Part shown: piece after piece, positions 53,589-64,000 of the stretch
Layout: each line of letters starts with the position of its first letter
Numbering within the stretch: the first letter of the stretch is position 1
Origin: Alphaproteobacteria bacterium
GTDB taxonomy: Bacteria > Pseudomonadota > Alphaproteobacteria > UBA828
DNA length: 64,000 nt
Assembly: GCA_965214705.1 (NCBI GenBank)
Contig: CBDCCI010000001.1
Span: forward strand, 544,001-608,000
Direction: 5' to 3'
Notes under the pieces: generated by a model
Databases searched by the model: none
The model's input: only the letters and a program-made list of their open reading frames with translations
What the model was told of the DNA's origin: nothing
Made by a program: the position numbers and the translations under genes

Positions 53589-55381
53589 TCAGGCCGGCGC
53601 GGCGCGCTTTGCGGTCCTCGGCTGGGTGTTCCCGGTCATTTTCAGGAAGTCGAGGACGGCGCGGACGTTGCGGGCGAGCCTGCGCACGGTCGAGGCGACC
53701 TCGAGCCCCCGGCCCTTGATCAGGCCGATGGCGAAGCGCCGCAGGCGGGTCATGTTCTCGGGGCCGAAGCCTGTGCGTATGCGGCTGCGGTCCTCGTCCC
53801 AGGTCCAGTCGAGGCAGTGGTGCGAGCTGTTCTCGATGCACCAGTGGCCGCGGTTGAGGGCGAGCAGGCTCTGCGCGTTGGCCGTGCCGGGCGTGTGGCT
53901 GGAGATCCCGTAGGCGGTCTCGGTGCCGGTCTCGCCGGTCTTCTTGTCCTGGCGGGAGCGCTCGATCATGAAGACCTGGCCGACGCCCGGGAAGTCGAGA
54001 AAGCCGTTCAACTCCGTGCTCGTCCAGATTGCCCGCTGCTCGATGCGTCCGTGCGACAGCGCGGCCTCCTCCTCGAAGTCGGGCTCACGCTCCGGCGCCT
54101 CTTCGAAGAGCAGCGTCACATCGTCCCGCATGGTCTTCTGGTTCCCTTTCACGATGAACATGAAGTGCGCGCCCCGGTCGAGCAGGTAGCGGGCGAACTT
54201 GCGCTGGGTTAGCAGCGCGTCCGTCGTGACCGTCTTGCCCGCGATGTTCGGGATCAGGTCCACCAGCGCCGTCACGGTGCCGATCTCGTTGGTGCGCTTT
54301 GTCTCCTCGTCGGCCCCGACTTTCAGGAGAAGTTTTTTTGGGCGAGCGTGGCCTTGGTCTCGTGCCCGACCGCGCTCATGACATGAGCCTGGGTCCCGTC
54401 CTCGTCGATGGCCCCCCTCAGGGTCTTGCCGTCGATGGCAAGCGCCGCGTCGCCTGAGCCGTGGGCCTCCTGCCACTTGCGCAACGCCTCGTCCAACTGG
54501 TCCGGGTCCACCCGGATCACCACATTGCGGATGGTCGACATCGAAGGCGGCCGGCGCACCCCGTCGCGCAGCCGCACGCCGAAGCGGGCCAGCGCCTTCT
54601 CGCCGAGATCGTCGACCCACTCGGACATGGCCTTCCAGCCTCGCATGCCGCAGAGCGTCGCGCCACTCGCAAGCGCGAGCACGCTGGGCAGCGAATGCCG
54701 CCGTCCCTTGCGCGTGCGGGGGTCGTCGATGTCCTTGAAGTAGGCGTAGAGCGACTCTTGCTGAGCGGCGCTGATCATGGTTCTCGGAACTCCTTTCTTC
54801 CACAACTCCCGATCCAGCCCGGCAGCGGACAGCCGGCGGCAGGCGTCGGGAACCAGGGGGCGCAGCAGCACAAGCTTCGGCGTCGAGCCGGCGACATAGC
54901 CCGAGCGGTGGCGCCGGAAGCCGCGGGTCTGGCCGACCGCCAGCCATCCAGCCGCCCGGTAGACCGTGCCCCGGAACCTCGCCGCGTCCACGAATGTTTC
55001 CAGCATCAGCACGGGGTGGCCGAAGCGGGCCGGCCAGTCGCGCGCCAAGCGCCGCGCGCAAAGCCCCAGCACCCGCGAGCCGAGGTTCGGAACACCCCGT
55101 CCCGGCAGGATCAGGAAGCGCGCGTTGTTCGCGATCAGATGCAGCCGCCCGTGCTGCGTGCGGAAGTCCCAGCCGATCCACTCGTCCCGCGCCCGGCACT
55201 TGCGCGCCGCAGCCGAAAACACGGCCAGCGCCAGCCACTCGCCGCGCCGATGGGCGACGTACCACGCCGTCGCCCCCACCTTCGCAGACGCACCCAGGTA
55301 GTGATGCCCCTCCATCAGCGCGCGGAACCGGGCCTCGTCCTGCGGCCGGACAGCAGCGACATCGACCTCGGAAAGATCCAC
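53589..55381 (-). CDS. tnp: DUF4338-ISAs1-family transposase fusion with frameshift at an A7 run
   Basis: HHYLG, LIANNARFLILP, LETFVD (DUF4338), then IDDPR and LAIDGKTLRG. Continues after CCCAAAAAAAC (~54340) in another frame with TNEI, TTDALLTQ, VKGNQ and RGHWCIEN. Confidence 0.85.
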
Positions 55382-56215
55382 CGTAGAAACCGTCCCCCTG
55401 CTCGAAGCCGATCCGCAGCAGAACACCGCGAATCCAGTCGCCTCAATCCATAGCAGGGTTGGCGCGCGCTGACCAGACCCAAGGTCAACTCGTAGCGCAG
55501 AACTCAAAAATCAGGCTTGGACAAATTCGCCCTGTCGACCGGCCGGACAACGGTTTCGAGATTCCACCGTCCACGTCCTCCGCTGCGGCCGGCCCCCTGT
55601 CCGAGACTCCCTGCCGCCGGCAGACCCCCTGCCGCCGGCGCACCGGGTCCTTGGCGGCCGTGCCTGCAGCCGGAGCCGTTGCCGCTCATCGTCATCGCAC
55701 GCTGCGGGGCACCGACTCATGGATGGAGCGCAAGAATATGAAGGTGTCGGGGGATCGCCCGCGAGCGGCGAAGTGCCGCTCATCTCTTGGTGGCCAGAGG
55801 CGTGCGCCGCGTCCCGGTCAACTCCTTGATTCCGGATTGAGCGGGTCCGGCGGGAACCGGTTCGATCACGGGGAATTGTCGGCCAGCGGGCCACATTTCC
55901 GTCCTCCTGCTTCCGCCTTGATGTCGGTAATTCCGGCGATTCCGGGGCCGCGACGGAGAAAACCGCTATGAGCCCGCACCACGGCGCGGCGCAATTGAAA
56001 AGGCCGAAGTACGCCAACAGCGTGCCCTGAGGTTCGTCGTGGCTGCGCACCGGCCACCGCGCTGACACGGGATCGCTGCGGGTGGCAATGCGCGCTCTCA
56101 CCCCTCACCACGCCTCTCCGCAAGACGGCCTTCTGGCATGTCATCGGACCTTCCACTACCATCGGTGCCGACGGTTGCAGCACGACTGCGCGGCCGCGCC
56201 GGAGAGGATGCGGCC

Positions 56216-57264
56216 ATGCGCCACGACGAGATCTATAAGTCCATCTTCTCCCGAAGGATCTCCGTCGAGCATCTGCTCCGCTTCATCGCCGGCACGATCG
56301 ACGACGGCCCCGAGTGGCTCGCGGCCTTCGACCCGCAGACCCTGGAGCCGGTGCCGACCGAGCGCATCGCATCGACGACACCCTGCACCGCCACCTGAGC
56401 GATCTGGTCTGGCGCGTGCGCCTGCGGGACGGCGGCGAAGAGGACTGGGCCTATCTGTTCGTGCTGATCGAGTTCCAGTCTGCGGTGGACCACCTGATGG
56501 CGCTGCGGGTCAACACCTACGTCAATCTTCTGTACCGGGGCCTCTGGGCGGGTCGCCGCTTCGGCGCCTCGGACCGTCTGCCGCCTGTGCTGCCGGTGGT
56601 TCTGTACAACGGCGCCTCACCGTGGACGGCGGCGGCGAGTGTCGAGGCGCTGGTTGCGCCGGAGGGCCGGCCCCCCGGCGCCATTGCCCCCGTGCCTGTC
56701 TATGCCGGCTCGGGCTACGTGACGCTTGACGTGGGCCGGGTCGGGGGCGGAGACTTTCCGCCGGACGATGTCGTTTCCCTGGTGATCGGCATCGAGCGGA
56801 TGTCGTCGCTTGAGGAGGGTTACGCGACGCTGCTTGAGGCGTTTTCGGCACTTCGGAGTTCCGAGCACCGGGACTTGCGGCGTATATTCCACGAGTGGTT
56901 CAGTCTGCTTGTCGGGCAGGGCGCCGGAGGCGCCGTGATCGAGGGGTTTGAGGAGATGGAGCGACTGGAGGAAGCGGGCGAGCTGCGGACGCCGGTCCAG
57001 GACCGGGTCCGCGCATGGCGGGAGGCCGAACGCGAGCAGGGCCGCGCCGAAGGCGTCGAGCAGGGCCGCGCCGAAGGCGTCGAGCAGGAGCGGGCGCTTC
57101 TTCGGCGCCAGACCGAACGCAAATTCGGTGCGGACGCCGCCGGCCGTGCGGTACCCCTGCTGGCCGGGATCGGGGAGCCCGAGCGGCTGGCGGACGTCGG
57201 CGACTGGATCATCGACTGCGCGACGGGCGACGAGCTGATCGCGCGGCTGGCGGACGCGGCTTAG
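56216..57264 (+). pseudogene. rpn: Rpn/YhgA-like PD-(D/E)XK protein, frameshifted
   Basis: MRHDEIYKSIFS...PVPTERI, then SDLVWRV, LIEFQS and LPPVLPVVLYNG in another frame. A 5-bp duplication CGCATCGCAT lies at 56363-56372. Confidence 0.85.
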
Positions 57265-57435
57265 CGCGCGCCGCCGCTGCCTCGCGTCAAGAGAGAGCCA
57301 GCGGAGCCCGCCACGATCGGCAGTCTGCGCGGCCACGGGCGAAGCCGCCGCATATGCGGTTTGATCGTCGGTCACGAGTTCAGGGACGGGCAGTCGGAGC
57401 GCCTGTCGGCGCAGAACGACGGCACTGGCCGCCGT

Positions 57436-59283
57436 TCAGTTCGTGCCCATGCCGAAGCCGAGGTCGCGAACGGCCTTGCGGAACGCCGCCTCTGCCCTCG
57501 TCTGCACCACCAGATGCTTCTTCCCCGCGCGCAGGCAGAGCTTCGCCGCGCGCTCGTCGCCGGCAATCCTGGCGGCGACGTCCTCGTCGGCGCATTCGAT
57601 CAACAGCGCCGTACCGCGCGCCTTGAGCGCGCCGGCGGCGCGCTCGACGTTGCGCAGGAAGCCCTCGACCCTCTCGGGCAGAGGCTGATCGTCCCGTGCC
57701 GCAAGGAATGCGCGCAAGCCGTCGGCATCGTGTCCGCCCTCGAAGGCCGCCAGGGTCCGCTCGCGCGCCAGGCGCCACACGCCCTCCGCCTCGACCTCCG
57801 CAAACGTCTCCAGCATGAGCCTCTCGTCCGCCGACAACGCCTCGCCGGCGCACACCCGAAGGTCGGGGAAGACGGTCAGCGAGGTGCGCGCCGCCGCCGT
57901 GCCCGGCTCGTACGTATCGGCGAGCCCCAGGCAGTAGGCGCCGAGCGCATTCAGCCTGAAGTATTGCAGCCCGTCGTAGCGGCTGAGCCAGGCCAGCTCG
58001 CCGCTCCCCGACAGGTGCGTGAAATCCAGCCGTGCCTCCTCGGGGTGGATGTAGGCGACATCGATCAGACCCAGCGTCGCGGCATACTCGAACAGCACGC
58101 ACAGAAGGTAGCGGCCCTGCAGGATGTTCCAGCCGTGAAAGCCGGCATAGCCCAGGCTGTCGTGGTGCAGATCGAACAGGTAGAGCTTCCACGGATCGCG
58201 CGTGATGCCGAACTCGAACGACGACGCCTGCATGAAGCGCGAGAACTCGTCGAAGCGCACCCAGCGGTCCAATGGACAGTGCTTCAGCGCCTCGGCGATC
58301 ACCGGGCGGCGCGTCGACGCCGCGATCATCGCGCGCCGGCCCTTGCCGCGGTTCTGGCCCTTGATGGCCTCGATGCGGCTGAACTCGTCGAGCAGGTCGT
58401 TCTTGATCCAGCGTTGCCAAAGATTGCGCAGCGTCTCCGCTGCGGGCGCCCCCTGGGCGGCGTGGCCCTTCTTCGTCAGCGCCAGCTTCGAGCCCCTGAG
58501 CTCGGCCAGCTTGCCCGCCTGCACCAGCAACGGCCAGGCAAACCCCCTGACGGGGCCGACCGCTTGTTCCCCGCGTCCCCGCTTCTCCGCGAGGTCGAAG
58601 AAGTCGCCCCCGTCCAGTTCCCCGGCAATGGCCGCCGCCGAAGCCGCCGAGGCCCGCCGCGTCTTCGCGCTCACCGCGACCCGCCCGAGATCGATCTGGC
58701 GCAGCACCGAGACCAGGTCTCTCTGTGCCGCACGCTCCATGTCGCGCCGAACCAGCTCGACCCGCTCCAACCCCGGCGCCTCCCCCTCGGGCACGTGGCC
58801 GCGCCGCCGCCGGTCGGCCGCCTCCGGCAGCGCCTCCTCGGCGGCGAGCGCCGCCTCGGGCGGCGCGGGCACGAACGCGCGCAGACGCTCCGCCAGATCC
58901 GGCGGGACGAACGGCGTAGCGTCCGCGTAGCTGCCGCGGGAATGGAGGAAGAGGCGCAGGGGCAATGCGTCGGGAGAACCGCGCCGGCCGAAGCCCAGGG
59001 GCAGCGCGCCGTACTTGGCCTCGAACCGCGCGGCCTTGAAGCCCTCCGCGTCGTGCAGCGCCTCTGCCACCGCCAGTCGTTGAAGCTCGTCGAGATCGTC
59101 CCACAGACGGCGGAGCGAGGCCCCGCTGAGACGGCTCTCGATGGCCGCCACCATGTCGGCCTTGCGCGTGGGCTGCGGCTTCGCCGCCGAGAGCCAGTTC
59201 ACCATGGTCGTGAGGTCGCTGTTGCTCAGCGCGGCAAGCGCCTTCGCCAGGGTAGGGAGCCAGTCATCGGCGATACGCACCAT
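57436..59283 (-). CDS. Helicase-associated (XPB/Ssl2 N-terminal-like) domain protein
   Basis: GAGGAG RBS. C-terminal LETFAE...GVWRL.RE.T..A..G..AD.L..FL......PLP..V pattern. No Walker motifs seen. Confidence 0.6.
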   Translation of the reverse strand: MVRIADDWLPTLAKALAALSNSDLTTMVNWLSAAKPQPTRKADMVAAIESRLSGASLRRLWDDLDELQRLAVAEALHDAEGFKAARFEAKYGALPLGFGRRGSPDALPLRLFLHSRGSYADATPFVPPDLAERLRAFVPAPPEAALAAEEALPEAADRRRRGHVPEGEAPGLERVELVRRDMERAAQRDLVSVLRQIDLGRVAVSAKTRRASAASAAAIAGELDGGDFFDLAEKRGRGEQAVGPVRGFAWPLLVQAGKLAELRGSKLALTKKGHAAQGAPAAETLRNLWQRWIKNDLLDEFSRIEAIKGQNRGKGRRAMIAASTRRPVIAEALKHCPLDRWVRFDEFSRFMQASSFEFGITRDPWKLYLFDLHHDSLGYAGFHGWNILQGRYLLCVLFEYAATLGLIDVAYIHPEEARLDFTHLSGSGELAWLSRYDGLQYFRLNALGAYCLGLADTYEPGTAAARTSLTVFPDLRVCAGEALSADERLMLETFAEVEAEGVWRLARERTLAAFEGGHDADGLRAFLAARDDQPLPERVEGFLRNVERAAGALKARGTALLIECADEDVAARIAGDERAAKLCLRAGKKHLVVQTRAEAAFRKAVRDLGFGMGTN

Positions 59284-59336
59284 CGGTCGCTCCTCTCGTC
59301 GATAACGATGCCGTCCCGATGCCCGGCGCGCACCCC

Positions 59337-60506
59337 TCACGGCGAGATGTCCTTTCCGATGCTGGCCGCCACCAGGGCCGCCGCTTCCTTCACCGAGTCC
59401 CGCGCCAAGTGCGCGTAGCGGGCGGTGGTCTGGATCTTCTTGTGGCCGAGAAGCTTGCCGATCATCGTGAGGTCTTCGCCCAGCGCCAGCGCCCGCGAGG
59501 CAAAGCTGTGACGCAGGTCGTGAAGCCGGACGTCGTCGAGCCCGGCGCGCTCCCTCACCGGGTACCAGTAGTAGGCGAGGTGCGTCAGCCGCTCGCCCGG
59601 CTCGCGGCCCGCGATCACCCAGGGGTTGCCGGCAAGCCGGGGAATGGCGGCAAGAACCCGCGCCGCAGCAGGCGACAGCGGAACCACACGGGGGCCGGTC
59701 TTGCTCTCGCGAAGCCGGACCTCGTTCCTCTCCAGCGCAACGTCCTCCCACCGAAGCCCAAGTACCTCGCCCGAGCGGCACCCGGTCAGCATCAGAAGCC
59801 GGATCGCCGCTGCCACGTGAACCGGAAGCCAGCCCTCGGCCTCAAGCTCGTCCAGAGCCTGACCCAGGCGCCCGAACTCCTCCTCGGTCAGGAAGCGTTC
59901 CGGGCGCCGCGTCCGGTAGCGCGTCACGAAGCGGCAGGGGTTGCTTCCCGCCGGAACCAGTCCCCACGCTTCCGCGCGGTTCAGCATCCGCGACAGTGCG
60001 CCCACCGCCTCGTTCGCGGCCACCGGCGTCTTGCGCAACCTGTAGTGAAGCTCGGCCACGTGCTCGCGGCCCAGCGCCGACAGCGGCACCTTGCCTAGCG
60101 GCGGCAGGACGTGCCTGCCGATCACCAGGCGGTAACCCGCGATCGTGCTCGCCCTGCAGCGAACCTCCACGTGCTCGCGCATGTATCTTTCGGCAAGATC
60201 GGCCACCGTCGGGCCGGCATCGCCGCCGCTCGAGGCCCTGGGCTCCTCGCCCGCCTTGATCCGGGCCAGCAGCCCGGTCCCCCGGCGCCGCGCCTCGTCC
60301 GCCGAGATCGTGCCGTGCCGGCCAACCGTGATCCGCTTCGACCCTCTGGGGCCGCGGCCCTGCACCAGATACGTCTTCGCCCCGTTGGGATAGACCCGTA
60401 CACCGAAGCCCCGCAGGTCCCGGTCCCAATAGATGACGTCCTTGTCCCCGGCGCGCAGGCCGTCGACCACCCGGTTCGACAGGGACTTCCGTTCAAGTTT
60501 CGCCAT
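59337..60506 (-). CDS. int: Tyrosine integrase with arm-binding domain (backbone integrase 2)
   Basis: YWDRDLRGFGVRVYP, TGCRSGE, SKTG, HDLRHSFAS and LLGH...ARY. Confidence 0.93.
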   Translation of the reverse strand: MAKLERKSLSNRVVDGLRAGDKDVIYWDRDLRGFGVRVYPNGAKTYLVQGRGPRGSKRITVGRHGTISADEARRRGTGLLARIKAGEEPRASSGGDAGPTVADLAERYMREHVEVRCRASTIAGYRLVIGRHVLPPLGKVPLSALGREHVAELHYRLRKTPVAANEAVGALSRMLNRAEAWGLVPAGSNPCRFVTRYRTRRPERFLTEEEFGRLGQALDELEAEGWLPVHVAAAIRLLMLTGCRSGEVLGLRWEDVALERNEVRLRESKTGPRVVPLSPAAARVLAAIPRLAGNPWVIAGREPGERLTHLAYYWYPVRERAGLDDVRLHDLRHSFASRALALGEDLTMIGKLLGHKKIQTTARYAHLARDSVKEAAALVAASIGKDISP

Positions 60507-60526
60507 ATCGCGGTTCCCCCCGACCC

Positions 60527-61747
60527 TTACGCCATCTGTGCTGGCGGCAATCCAGGCGCTCCGTTGAGGACAGCGGCCCCGGTGCGGACGACGTCGTCCT
60601 CGATGCTGCCCCCCACCCGCGCCGCCGCGATCTTCTCCGCGTCCCGCGAGAGGTGCGCGTAGCGCGCCGTGCTGCCGATGTCCGTGTGGCCGAGAAGGCG
60701 CCCGATCATCGGTAGAGCCAGACCGAGGGCCAAGGCTCGCGACGCAAAGCTGTGACGCAGGTCGTGGATCCGCACGTCCTCTACTTCGGCACGCTCCCGC
60801 GCCCGGTGCCAGGGGTTGGTCAGCTCCGACAAGTGGCGATCCGGCCTGCGTGCCGGAAATACCCATGGGCTCCGACGGACCCGCTTGATCCCCGCCAGCA
60901 CCTGTGACGCCTCCGGCGTCAGAGGCACCATGCGCGCCCCCGTCTTCGCATCGCGCAGGCGAAGCTCCCCGGACTTGCGGTCGACGTCGCTCCAGCGAAG
61001 CGTCAGCACCTCCCCGAGACGGCATCCGGTCAGCATGATCAGCCGCAGCGCCGCCGCAGCCCGCGCCTGCACCGGGCCCTCGGCCTCCAGCTCGCGCAGC
61101 GCGAGGCCCAGCCGGCGATACTCGTCCTCGGTTAGGAAGCGCTCTCTCCGCCCCTCCTTGTAGCGCAGAACGAACCGGCACGGGTTGCCGCCGGGCGGCG
61201 CCATTCCCCACGCCTCCGACAACGAGAACATCTTGGACAAAACCATCAGCGCCCGGTTCGCGGCACGGGGCGTCTCACGCATCCCGTAGTGCAGAGCCGC
61301 CACCTCCGCCCGGCCCACGGAGGCCACGGGCTTCGCACCCAATGCCGGCAGGATGTGGTTCCTCAGCGAGCCGGCGTAGATCCTCTGCGTGTGCGCGTTG
61401 CAGTGCACCTTGACATGGCCCTCCATGTAGCGCTCGGCCAGGTCGGCGACGGTGAGCGTGCGCTCGAGCGGCCTCGCCACGGGATCCTCGCCCTGCTTGA
61501 TGCGGGCGATGGCGGCTGCGGCCTTCTTGCGCGCTTCCTCTGCGGTGGTCTTGCCGTGCCGGCCGAGGGAGACCCGCCTGATGCCGGCAGGCCCCCGGCT
61601 CTGGGCCACGTATATCTTGGTGCCCGAGGGGTAGACGCGCACCCCGAAGCCGGGGAGTTCCCGGTCCCAGAAGACGGCCTCCTTGCCCTCGACGGAGAGC
61701 CCGTCGACGGTGCGCTTGGAGAGCGTGAGTTCGCCCCTCTTCGGCAT
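60527..61747 (-). CDS. int: Tyrosine integrase with arm-binding domain (backbone integrase 1)
   Basis: FWDRELPGFGVRVYP, TGCRLGE, AKTG, HDLRHSFAS and LLGH...ARY. Confidence 0.93.
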   Translation of the reverse strand: MPKRGELTLSKRTVDGLSVEGKEAVFWDRELPGFGVRVYPSGTKIYVAQSRGPAGIRRVSLGRHGKTTAEEARKKAAAAIARIKQGEDPVARPLERTLTVADLAERYMEGHVKVHCNAHTQRIYAGSLRNHILPALGAKPVASVGRAEVAALHYGMRETPRAANRALMVLSKMFSLSEAWGMAPPGGNPCRFVLRYKEGRRERFLTEDEYRRLGLALRELEAEGPVQARAAAALRLIMLTGCRLGEVLTLRWSDVDRKSGELRLRDAKTGARMVPLTPEASQVLAGIKRVRRSPWVFPARRPDRHLSELTNPWHRARERAEVEDVRIHDLRHSFASRALALGLALPMIGRLLGHTDIGSTARYAHLSRDAEKIAAARVGGSIEDDVVRTGAAVLNGAPGLPPAQMA

Positions 61748-62070
61748 CGAGAATCCCTCGAGTCGCGGCGTGTCTGAGCCGCCGAAATTGCCGTAATCAC
61801 TTCGTAAAACACCGACATCCAACTCCGGCGTATTAGAGCGTAGGTTTGTCATGACGTCAAGGGGCATCCGTGTCACGTCAACCTGTTGTTATCATGTGTA
61901 TATACGCACTCCTGCGTATTACAGCGTACCCCAGCGTAGGCCTGTCGTTGATTTGACAAATGCGAGATATTAAAAAGGAGAGCCTCAAGTCATGAAGCAG
62001 GGGAAGCTGACTCGCAGTTTGCTGGCGGCGTGCTCGACCGTCGCGCTCGCGGCCGTCCTGTACGGCTGCG
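61743..62070 (+). repeat. 5' conserved flank, copy 2
   Basis: Near-identical to ~262-590. Confidence 0.95.
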
Positions 62071-63518
62071 TACACAGTGACGATGACCCGACTACCACCC
62101 CGCCAGATCCAGCAACCGTGGATCTTTCGGCAGTGCCCGATCACAACCTCATGGCAGGCGAGCACGTGATCGAACCGGGCGAAAGCTTGGTCGAGGGGAA
62201 TGTCGAATTCTCTTGCCCGGCGGACGGTGAGGCCTGCGTAGTCACGGTGGCGGTGGACGCCGACGGCAAGATCTCGGCCAACTCTACCGGCGGCGCGGCG
62301 TCCGTGCTGTACAGCATGGCGTACCTCGATGATAGAATGGCCGGTATAAAGATGGCCAGTGACAGAGCGCTCGGCATCGCGTCCGCGATCACTTCTGCGA
62401 CCTCTACTCCACCGGCGATCGACGTCGAAGTCACCGCGACCCGCGCGACGGGCGAGGAGGCGAGCGTCGAGGTTGCGGTGACGGGCGACGACGCCGGCAC
62501 CGGCGACTTCGAGGCGGCGGATGCCCCTGCCGCCATCGCAGGGTGGCACGGCTCCAGTTGGATGCGCGGCGAGGCTACCGAGCATGTGACCGTTTACACT
62601 GATATCGACGAGCCTACACCCACGGCGTTTACCATGATCCATCTCCTGGACCGCAGCACTGACGACGATGCGAGTGACAACGAGGCCTTGAGCATCACCA
62701 ATGCTAACGTGAACATGGTTAGCGGTGTGGCTGAGTTCCCCTCCGCAGCGCTTCAGACGGGCGCACCCTTCGACGAAGACGACGAGTTCACGGGCATGTT
62801 CGATGGCGCGCCGGGCACTTTTACCTGTGCTGCCGCTGATTGCACCCTCTCTACAGATGGCGATGGCAAGCTGGCCAGCGTGGCCGGCATTTGGTACTTC
62901 ACGCCTGACGAGGGGGCTAAGGTTCCCGTGGCCGACGACGACTACCTGCATTTCGGCTGGTGGCTGAACTCGCCAGACGAGGCCAACGACGATGGTGAAT
63001 ACGAGTATATGCTCGACACCTTCTACGGCGGCTCGACGGCTCCCTTCACGGGGGATGAGGTTGCCGTAGTTGAGGGCAAGGCCAAGTACTCGGGCGCCGC
63101 GGCCGGGTTGTACGCGACGCGGACCTTCGAGGACGGCGATGCCACCGGCGCCAACGATGGTACGTTCACCGCAGATGTCGCACTGACCGCGGCTTTTGGC
63201 GGCGACGATGTCGCCATCAACGACCAATTCAAGATCAGCGGGTCCGTGACGAACTTCATGGAGGGCGGCGAGAGTCTCGGCTGGTCGGTGGCGCTGCAGG
63301 AGGTCGACATCAGTGGAACGGGCGGCGGTGACGCCTACCTAATTGAAGGCGACGCGTCGGCGTTTTCCGGCACGGGCGCTCCGGGGACGGGTTCGTGGGA
63401 AGCGATGTTCTACGGTCCCGTTGACGGGGTCGCGGCTCCCACCGGCGTCGCCGGTCAGTTCGGCGCCAATCTCGGCGACACGGACCTCGCCGGTGCATTC
63501 GGTGCTACCAAGGACTAA
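61992..63518 (+). CDS. Surface lipoprotein with C-terminal TbpB-like barrel (variant 2)
   Basis: MKQGKLTRSLLAACSTVALAAVLYG-C, YTDIDEP, YLHFGWWLN, GKAKYSGAAAG and terminal LAGAFGATKD. Confidence 0.85.
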   Translation: MKQGKLTRSLLAACSTVALAAVLYGCVHSDDDPTTTPPDPATVDLSAVPDHNLMAGEHVIEPGESLVEGNVEFSCPADGEACVVTVAVDADGKISANSTGGAASVLYSMAYLDDRMAGIKMASDRALGIASAITSATSTPPAIDVEVTATRATGEEASVEVAVTGDDAGTGDFEAADAPAAIAGWHGSSWMRGEATEHVTVYTDIDEPTPTAFTMIHLLDRSTDDDASDNEALSITNANVNMVSGVAEFPSAALQTGAPFDEDDEFTGMFDGAPGTFTCAAADCTLSTDGDGKLASVAGIWYFTPDEGAKVPVADDDYLHFGWWLNSPDEANDDGEYEYMLDTFYGGSTAPFTGDEVAVVEGKAKYSGAAAGLYATRTFEDGDATGANDGTFTADVALTAAFGGDDVAINDQFKISGSVTNFMEGGESLGWSVALQEVDISGTGGGDAYLIEGDASAFSGTGAPGTGSWEAMFYGPVDGVAAPTGVAGQFGANLGDTDLAGAFGATKD

Positions 63519-63529
63519 CCCGATTGACG

Positions 63530-63617
63530 GGATCGGGGTCGCCTCGTAAGACCCCGATCCTTTAGGTCCGGACTTCCGGAAGAGGGTGGCGGGATGTGCC
63601 ACCCTCTTCTTCTTTCT
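63530..63617 (+). terminator. Double hairpin / terminator, copy 2
   Basis: Identical to 2158-2245. Confidence 0.75.
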
Positions 63618-63653
63618 CATTCTCTCTCTGTTGAGTTCCGTCCGAGGTCTGCG

Positions 63654-64000
63654 ATGACGTTTGCCCCGCTTTGCCGTGCCCTCGCGTTTGCCGCTTGCCT
63701 GTTGCTCGCCCTCCCGGCCTGGGGCGCCACGGAGGAGGCCGCAGGTGAACTCTCTGCACAGTCCGCCCCCGCGCTGCCGGGCTTGGCGTCGGCGCAAGCG
63801 CTGGTCGATGAAGGCCGCTTCGGGGAGGCGTTGGCCATCCTGAATGCGCTGGCACAGGACTATCCCGACCATCCCCGGCGCACCGATGTCCTCTTCCTGC
63901 TGGGCCTGGCGGCGACCCAGGCGTCGCTGAACCCCGATCTCCCGGAGGGGCGGCGGGAGCTTCTGCTGAGCCTCGCCATCGCGTCCTTCCGCGTCATCCT
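63654..64000 (+). CDS. slam: Slam, second copy (runs off the window end)
   Basis: Near-identical at DNA level to 2285-2631. Confidence 0.85.
   Translation, partial: MTFAPLCRALAFAACLLLALPAWGATEEAAGELSAQSAPALPGLASAQALVDEGRFGEALAILNALAQDYPDHPRRTDVLFLLGLAATQASLNPDLPEGRRELLLSLAIASFRVI

Noticed and set aside
53589-59283. Druantia defence system
   Set aside because: DUF4338 is fused to a transposase and no DruE-like helicase is present.

Overview
This is a high-GC bacterial accessory region, probably proteobacterial (inference). It spans about one period (~61.5 kb) of what looks like a tandemly repeated integrative element. Both window ends carry the same integrase-proximal promoter and signal-peptide DNA, and the same double-hairpin plus Slam (T11SS) gene start. 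Between these near-identical flanks sit two very different TbpB-barrel-type surface lipoproteins (512-2146 and 61992-63518). The backbone is roughly 21-22 kb once insertions are removed. It encodes the lipoprotein, Slam, DUF3187 and a small OMP, then DUF2493, a toprim protein, SSB, a Zn-finger repeat protein, HicAB, Rpn, a helicase-associated protein and two tandem tyrosine integrases. It is heavily parasitised by nested elements whose junctions can be read from the sequence: (1) IS1634 in slam; (2) a 15.5-kb MOBF integrative mobilisable element with its own integrase pair inside DUF2493, which contains an IS1595 transposon carrying a third Slam-type lipoprotein (a metalloprotease); (3) a group II intron broken by IS66; (4) a RIT composite with two IS91-like (recombinase + HUH) elements, one broken by an IS1111; (5) an IS21 with a second group II intron in its terminal repeats; (6) a DUF4338-ISAs1 element. 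I saw no rRNA, tRNA, CRISPR array or conjugative T4SS. All family assignments come from motif recognition by eye, not from database searches.
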